In this document: positions 27,624 to 32,556 of the stretch, piece by piece | How the letters are laid out: every line of letters starts with the position of its first letter | How positions within the stretch are numbered: the stretch's first letter is position 1 | Virus record (IMG/VR): IMGVR_UViG_3300020413_000039 | Coordinates: 1 to 32,556 of that record | Length of the DNA stretch: 32,556 bases | Source: a virus | Taxonomy: Duplodnaviria; Caudoviricetes | Strand: one strand, 5' to 3' | The notes under the pieces: generated by a model | What the model was told of the DNA's origin: nothing | Seen by the model: only the letters and a program-made list of their open reading frames with translations | Databases searched by the model: none | Made by a program: the position numbers and the translations under genes

Positions 27624-29024
27624 TTATTTTAGGAGAATACTTTGGAAATCTAGCAAAGTCTGTTTACTATTATGAACACTCGAAACTATTTTTTTCATTT
27701 TTTTCGACATTGAAGGAATCTGAGCAGTTGATGTTTGATTTTGATTATTAATAATAAAAGTTGTTCTTGGTTTTTTTCTTCCCTTAAGATTATTTAACTC
27801 TTTTTTTACAGGTATAATTGATTTTACAAGTTTTTGTGGTGTAATTGATTCAGGTTCTAATTTTTCATTATTTCCTTGTGGCATACTAAATGACCCACCT
27901 GATGCTGATTGACCACTTGTCTTAGGAATTGGTGCTTCTTCTACACCATCAAGTTCATTTTCTAGTTGCATATCCTCATCACTCATAGTATTGACACCTT
28001 CAATACTTTCATCTTCAGTTTCAGTATTTACAGCAACCAAATCATCATCGATTGTATTAGTTCCTTCAATATTTTGATCTAATTGATTACTTGGAATTAT
28101 CGTACCTTTTACATTAGAAGTAAGAATCTCAGATCCTTCAATATTTTCATCTAATTGATTATTTGGAATTATCGTACCTTTTACATCAGGAGTAAAGATT
28201 TCAGGTCCTTCTTCACCAACAATATATGGCACCTTGGATTCAACTTCACCACCCATTGATTTACCTTCAATCGGTTCAACAGGTGAGTCCCCAGCTGCTT
28301 TTTTTGCTACAGATTTAATTTCTTCATCTGTCATTTTAAACTCAGACGAATCGATTGCTCCTATATCTTTTGCAACTTGTCCTGCTGATGCAATGTCTTT
28401 ATCTTTGGCAAATGATTGAACAGCCTCAGTAAAATCCCTATTCAATTTTGTTAGATTTGCCTCAGTCTTATCTATTGTTTCACGAATATTTTTATCATCT
28501 TCACGGAAATCAAAACGACTAAATGTTGACAAAACATTATCAATACCTGTTCCTAGAGATTCAAAGAAATTTTTCATTCCATCTATGAATCCAGTAAATA
28601 CACCAACTACTCTTGTTATCAATTTGAATAGTTTTTGGAAAGCATCAATAATTTTTGGTAAATTTAATAATGCCCATCCTATAATTAATGTTCCAACAAA
28701 ATCTAAAATTCTTCCTAAAAATCCTCTTGTACTTTTTTGTATAATATTTCCTTGTCTTTTTGTAACACCTGTTATGCTCGTTGCCTCAAGTTCATCCTCT
28801 CTTTGTTTTCTTAGAACATTTTCTCTTCTTCTCTTAAAAAATTCTGCATCTTGACGTATTAATTTACTTTTAAATAAATTTGTTTTTCTAGTCTGTTTTA
28901 ATAATTCACTTGACTGCCTTCCAATAGAAACTAAACCCTCAGATAAACCTGTAATCGATTTACGTATTGAATCAACTCCGATTGATGATTTTCTTAGTGA
29001 ATCTCTCCTTGATCTTATACTCAT
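27624..29024 (-). CDS. Tape-measure-like protein B
   Basis: N-terminal coiled coil, amphipathic helices and a GGEV....YIVGEEGPEIFTP motif common in tape measure C-termini. Start set at ATG 29024 (GGGGG upstream) instead of TTG 29030. Confidence 0.55.
   Translation of the reverse strand: MSIRSRRDSLRKSSIGVDSIRKSITGLSEGLVSIGRQSSELLKQTRKTNLFKSKLIRQDAEFFKRRRENVLRKQREDELEATSITGVTKRQGNIIQKSTRGFLGRILDFVGTLIIGWALLNLPKIIDAFQKLFKLITRVVGVFTGFIDGMKNFFESLGTGIDNVLSTFSRFDFREDDKNIRETIDKTEANLTKLNRDFTEAVQSFAKDKDIASAGQVAKDIGAIDSSEFKMTDEEIKSVAKKAAGDSPVEPIEGKSMGGEVESKVPYIVGEEGPEIFTPDVKGTIIPNNQLDENIEGSEILTSNVKGTIIPSNQLDQNIEGTNTIDDDLVAVNTETEDESIEGVNTMSDEDMQLENELDGVEEAPIPKTSGQSASGGSFSMPQGNNEKLEPESITPQKLVKSIIPVKKELNNLKGRKKPRTTFIINNQNQTSTAQIPSMSKKMKKIVSSVHNSKQTLLDFQSILLK
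28062..28211 (-). repeat. 72-bp (24-aa) tandem duplication
   Basis: TCCTTC recurs at 28062, 28134 and 28206. Protein: PEIFTPDVKGTIIPNNQLDENIEG / SEILTSNVKGTIIPSNQLDQNIEG. Confidence 0.9.
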
Positions 29025-29026
29025 TA

Positions 29027-30703
29027 TCAACTAACCCCCGTTAAAGCTGTTGCATACATTGTATGTGGATTATTATTATCAAATTCTATTGCGGGCAAGG
29101 TGACTGACTTACCCGAAGGATCTGATTGTGCTCCAGAAGATTGATTATTTTTATTTCCTGTGTTCATATTTACTACTTGAGGTGCATCTTCATCAAAGTT
29201 ACTGATTTGATTTGCAACTTCCGTATTATTATTTTTTGTAGGTGTGATAGAATCATTAGAACTTGTAAAATCTTCGTCTGTTAAAGTATCTCCTACTTTT
29301 TTATTAAATAATTTTATATCATTTACACCAAATGCTTTCATTAACGTTTTTGACAATCTCTTAAATGCTTCTTCACCTAAAATACCACCAACTATTGCAC
29401 CAACAACTGGTATTGGTATAAGTGCCTGTCCTAACGCAGCACCTGCAAGAAACCCTGCAGTAGCAGCTGCTGCTGAAACTAAACCACCGTCTTCACTAGT
29501 AAGTTCAGTAAAAAAAGTAATAAGTGGTCCAAAAATATTAAGTAATTTTGAAAATAATTTCCCGACCCCCAAATTCTTCAAACCTTTCAGTTTTGATAAA
29601 AACCCTGATTTTTTTGTAATTTCTTTTCCTGTGCCTGTTGTGACTTTGGATGATATATCTTTGGAGAATTTTTTTGTCAATTTCTCAGTTGCTTTAACTC
29701 CTACATCATCTGCAGAAGAAGATAATACTGCTGTTCCCCCTGCTCCTGCACCAATTGTTGCTGGTACTTTCCCTTTTGAGAATACCTTTTTAATATTTTT
29801 TGTTAAATTTGGTAGAAATTTTCTGGTTGGTGCTGGTTTTAAAGCTGGGGTAGCAATTCGTGCTCCTGTTGCAACCTTTGCTGCTGTTGTTACTTTATTA
29901 AATCCAGGTATAAATTTTCCAAGTTTTATTCCAACAACTGTTGCTACTATTTGTCCAATTATACTTTTTAATCCTGCTCCTCCAAAGAATCCTAAACCAA
30001 GACCTGCAGCTTTCTTTACAAGACCTGCAAGTAGTGCTTGAACACCTTTCAATCCTACTCTCAACATACCACCAAATGCCACTCTTGCAACATTTCCTGC
30101 AAACACACCTAATATACCTATAACTTTTTTTATTCCAACTGAAATTGCAGTAAACGATCCTACAATTACTGTTAATCCAACTATGAATTTTGTTTTTAAT
30201 CTGTTTATTTTATCAACATTTCCCTCAGACATCGCCTGAAGTAAATCAATTCCCGTAATTGTTAACCATCCACCAGCAAGTGTAAATAAGAAATTAGTTA
30301 ACCTACCTAAAATACCCTGTGTTTTTACACCAATCCGTTGAACAGGTTGAGTTAATGATGATTGTATCTTATTTTCTAACGCACTTTCCTTTCCTTCTCT
30401 TAACCCTTGCTCTGCTAAAATTCTTTCACGGTTTTGATTTGCTGCTTCTCTCTGTCTCTCTAATTGTTCGTTTAATGCTAAATTCTCTTTTACTGCTTTT
30501 AGATTAAAATCTAGAACAGATACTTGTCTGGATATGTTTTGTAACTGTCCAGATACTGATGTTAATTGTAATGACTGTTGTTGAAGTAAGGAAGTAGTAA
30601 CTGGATCTGCCTTTGCTTGTCTAGGTGCACCAAGAAAACTAGAAGAAATATTTCTTCTAACTGCTCTTATTCCTCCTGATAGTGGTGATCCAAACTCATC
30701 CAT
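29027..30703 (-). CDS. Tape-measure-like protein A
   Basis: 558 aa with an N-terminal coiled coil and long Gly/Ala/Lys-rich hydrophobic helices (GAALGQALIPIPVVGAIVGGILG). Lies between gp26/gp51 and the hub. Confidence 0.58.
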   Translation of the reverse strand: MDEFGSPLSGGIRAVRRNISSSFLGAPRQAKADPVTTSLLQQQSLQLTSVSGQLQNISRQVSVLDFNLKAVKENLALNEQLERQREAANQNRERILAEQGLREGKESALENKIQSSLTQPVQRIGVKTQGILGRLTNFLFTLAGGWLTITGIDLLQAMSEGNVDKINRLKTKFIVGLTVIVGSFTAISVGIKKVIGILGVFAGNVARVAFGGMLRVGLKGVQALLAGLVKKAAGLGLGFFGGAGLKSIIGQIVATVVGIKLGKFIPGFNKVTTAAKVATGARIATPALKPAPTRKFLPNLTKNIKKVFSKGKVPATIGAGAGGTAVLSSSADDVGVKATEKLTKKFSKDISSKVTTGTGKEITKKSGFLSKLKGLKNLGVGKLFSKLLNIFGPLITFFTELTSEDGGLVSAAAATAGFLAGAALGQALIPIPVVGAIVGGILGEEAFKRLSKTLMKAFGVNDIKLFNKKVGDTLTDEDFTSSNDSITPTKNNNTEVANQISNFDEDAPQVVNMNTGNKNNQSSGAQSDPSGKSVTLPAIEFDNNNPHTMYATALTGVS

Positions 30704-30875
30704 TACGTTCTTGTTGTGCTTTTAAATTTTCCTCTTCAATATATTGTTGGAGAAGTGAAACATAAATTTCTCTCTCCCACGGAATCATATTCTCAAGTTC
30801 AGTTAAACTATATTTATGATGCTGCATCAAGGCAAAATTCAATTTATAGTATGACACTAAATCCTCGTGTGCCAT
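30696..30875 (-). CDS. gp51: gp51-like baseplate hub assembly protein, short form (59 aa; absent from the ORF track; probably the C-terminal part of a frameshift fusion)
   Basis: Manual translation MAHEDLVSYYKLNFALMQHHKYSLTELENMIPWEREIYVSLLQQYIEEENLKAQQERNG*. It exactly fills the gap between gp26 and the next gene. Confidence 0.88.
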   Translation of the reverse strand: MAHEDLVSYYKLNFALMQHHKYSLTELENMIPWEREIYVSLLQQYIEEENLKAQQERNG

Positions 30876-30904
30876 ACTTATCCGAAAAAACTCTGCAGCC
30901 CCTC
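30848..30904 (-). other. Candidate -1 programmed ribosomal frameshift signal (gp26 to gp51)
   Basis: mRNA: GAGGGG, 8 nt, U UUU UUC (30890-30884), GGAUA, then hairpin AGUAUGGCAC / 11-nt loop / GUGUCAUACU. The -1 frame is open into gp51. Confidence 0.7.
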
Positions 30905-31594
30905 TATTGTAATCTCACTCTCAACCTTTGTATTTGGATTCATGACCTTAACTGTATGAGAAAGTTTTGGCATAGTATCGAAAAATTTCTCAATATCTTT
31001 AAATTGAGATGAATTCATTTGCTCTAAAAAGTCAACTAATTCTTTCTTTGTACAATCTTCCTGAGTCCAAGATTCTTCCTCTGAATAAACTTGATCAATA
31101 CACGATGCAATAAGTTCAAAAGTATCATCTACTTTAATATCACCTGCATCAAAATTAGATTTAATAAACTCATTTAGAGATGGATATCTCATTTTTAATG
31201 TAAAAGTGTCGTCTAATTTGATATCTGATTTGTGGTCTTTTGATTTTTGAACTTTAATAGAATCAATATTAATTGACATTGGTACTTGTGTTTTCCCATC
31301 ATCAGGGCAAGTAACCATCACTTCAATCTGTTCTCCAACAGATTTACCACGTACATTTAAAAACAAATATTCAATGTCAAAGGTAGATAGTTTTTCAACT
31401 TTTATCCCTTTAGTCAAAATACAAGATACTAAAATACTTTTTACAGCATTCGCTATTTGTTTTTGATCTTGAGACTCTAAGGCAATAATTAAAATCTTCT
31501 CCTCTTTTACAAGAAATGGTCTGTATTTGATCTTTCTATTTGATGAGGGAAGAACCAACTCATAAGTTGGTGTTGCGATTGTTGGTAAAGGCAT
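30878..31594 (-). CDS. gp26: Baseplate hub assembly protein gp26
   Basis: MPLPTIATPTYEL.LPS...IKYRPFLVKEEKIL, FDIEYLFLNVRGKSVGE, MRYPSL, FFDTMPKL and C-terminal EGLQSFFG. Confidence 0.92.
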   Translation of the reverse strand: MPLPTIATPTYELVLPSSNRKIKYRPFLVKEEKILIIALESQDQKQIANAVKSILVSCILTKGIKVEKLSTFDIEYLFLNVRGKSVGEQIEVMVTCPDDGKTQVPMSINIDSIKVQKSKDHKSDIKLDDTFTLKMRYPSLNEFIKSNFDAGDIKVDDTFELIASCIDQVYSEEESWTQEDCTKKELVDFLEQMNSSQFKDIEKFFDTMPKLSHTVKVMNPNTKVESEITIEGLQSFFG

Positions 31595-31619
31595 AATATT
31601 CTGAGCACTTCAGTGTGAT

Positions 31620-31627
31620 TATTTATA
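31620..31627 (-). promoter_or_regulatory. T4 late promoter (perfect consensus)
   Basis: TATAAATA on the minus strand, 25 nt upstream of the gp26 ATG. Confidence 0.85.
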
Positions 31628-31635
31628 GTGGTTTT

Positions 31636-32502
31636 TCAAACGTTAAATGTGTTAGATGTTCCAGAACCTAAATTCGTTCCACCTAATGTTGATACAGCAC
31701 CATTTGGATTACTACTATTATTTGAACCTGCTCCAGAGTATGGTAAATTTGAATTACTTACTCCATCTCTTATTATACCATATGCATTCTGATTTAAAAT
31801 ATTTCTACTATTAGCAACACTACCACCATCTTTAATAGGATTACCTCTTAAACCAAATATTTCATTAAACGCTATTCCCAAATCTCTCGCTAATGAAGAT
31901 GATTCACCACAAATATACCTATCAAAACTAAAAGATGCAGATGCCTTTAAAACCTGAGAACCTTGATAAGATACTCTTGTTGAATTTAATGCTAATGGAA
32001 ATAAACCTATGAAACGATATTCTAAAAAACGATTGTAGTCCCTTTCAAACTTTACGATTTTTGTTTCATTTGATTTATATTCTTCAGGATAATTAAGTTC
32101 AAAATGATAAGCATCACTTGTTGGATCAGATACTGCACCTGTTATATACTCAATCCAATGTTCTAGAAATTTCATCGATTTATATTCATTATCAACATAA
32201 AATTCTAGATTGATTTGAGTAAAGTTTCGAGTATGTGCAAATCTTTCAATTACTCCTTGAAAATTACCACGAGTATCAACTGATGCTAAAGCACTGCCTG
32301 GTAGAACTGCATTACTACATAACAATCCTGCATCTTCTAAAATAAATCTATCATTTACACCTTTTCTTCTTAAATGTGAACGCAAACTATTTCTCTCAAA
32401 ACTATGAGGTAGTGCAAATTTTACAATATAATGTGAAGATTGTGCTACATTTTGAAATCTTGGTAATAAATCAGATATTGGTCTTGGTCTTGGTGCTGGC
32501 AC
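31636..32502 (-). CDS. Tail tube-family protein (gp54/gp19-like baseplate tube initiator)
   Basis: LLCSNAVLPG, FAHTRNF..INLEFYVD..Y..MKFLEHW and Y.FIGLFP.....VSY....VLK.SASF.F match the tube-fold pattern. GTG start. Confidence 0.68.
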   Translation of the reverse strand: MPAPRPRPISDLLPRFQNVAQSSHYIVKFALPHSFERNSLRSHLRRKGVNDRFILEDAGLLCSNAVLPGSALASVDTRGNFQGVIERFAHTRNFTQINLEFYVDNEYKSMKFLEHWIEYITGAVSDPTSDAYHFELNYPEEYKSNETKIVKFERDYNRFLEYRFIGLFPLALNSTRVSYQGSQVLKASASFSFDRYICGESSSLARDLGIAFNEIFGLRGNPIKDGGSVANSRNILNQNAYGIIRDGVSNSNLPYSGAGSNNSSNPNGAVSTLGGTNLGSGTSNTFNV

Positions 32503-32503
32503 T

Positions 32504-32510
32504 CTAAATA
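32504..32510 (+). promoter_or_regulatory. Late promoter for the gp4-like gene
   Basis: CTAAATA on the plus strand, 24 nt upstream of ATG 32535. Confidence 0.65.
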
Positions 32511-32527
32511 AAATTACATATCATATG

Positions 32528-32534
32528 TATTTAG
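32528..32534 (-). promoter_or_regulatory. Late promoter for the gp54-like gene
   Basis: CTAAATA on the minus strand, 25 nt upstream of GTG 32502. Confidence 0.65.
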
Positions 32535-32556
32535 ATGTCTTATAAGGGAAAATACT
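32535..32556 (+). CDS. gp4: Probable head completion nuclease gp4, first 7 codons (truncated by the window)
   Basis: ATG TCT TAT AAG GGA AAA TAC = MSYKGKY, matching the recalled gp4 N-terminus and its usual position divergent from the gp54/gp26 genes. Only 7 aa are visible. Confidence 0.55.

Noticed and set aside
987-28854. Numerous 60-130 aa alternate-frame or antisense ORFs nested in long genes
   Set aside because: They are contained within well-supported CDSs and lack recognisable motifs; treated as spurious.
29022-29042. Possible frameshift at ACG GGG GTT joining the two tape-measure-like genes
   Set aside because: Not an X-XXY-YYZ heptamer, and the -1 frame hits TAG before the downstream start. 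GGGGG is better read as a ribosome binding site.
29244-30041. 265-aa plus-strand ORF
   Set aside because: Antisense shadow of the 558-aa gene. It has low-complexity F/P/A content expected from the complement of K/G/A codons and no recognisable motif or promoter.
30716-31012. 98-aa plus-strand ORF over the gp26/gp51 junction
   Set aside because: It overlaps two recognisable minus-strand genes; the real gene in this gap is gp51 (30696-30875).

Overview
The window is an AT-rich fragment of a T4-like marine cyanomyovirus genome (Kyanoviridae-like; a Prochlorococcus-type host is inferred from the low GC and gene content). From about 3.0 to 32.5 kb it is one minus-strand late tail/baseplate module. 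In transcription order: gp54/tube-like gene, gp26, a short gp51 missed by the ORF track, two paralogous tape-measure-like genes, a gp27-like hub, gp5 split from a beta-helix spike gene, several fibre/structural genes (repeat-rich, collagen-like, and a 1958-aa protein with an S74 autochaperone), a subtilisin (S8) protease and a glycine-rich gp38-like protein. T4-type late promoters (TATAAATA/CTAAATA/ATAAATA) precede several genes. The left 3 kb is an accessory island under sigma70-like promoters: three 2OG-Fe(II) oxygenases, an orphan amino-methyltransferase and the start of an SF2 helicase. The right edge holds the start of a probable gp4. The best finding is a complete -1 programmed ribosomal frameshift signature at the gp26/gp51 junction: an SD-like GAGGGG, an in-frame U-UUU-UUC heptamer, a 5-nt spacer and a 10-bp hairpin that buries the gp51 AUG. 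It would give a gp26 / gp26-gp51 pair analogous to the lambda G/GT tail chaperones, directly upstream of the tape-measure-like genes. All family assignments come from motif recognition and recall; no database searches were run.
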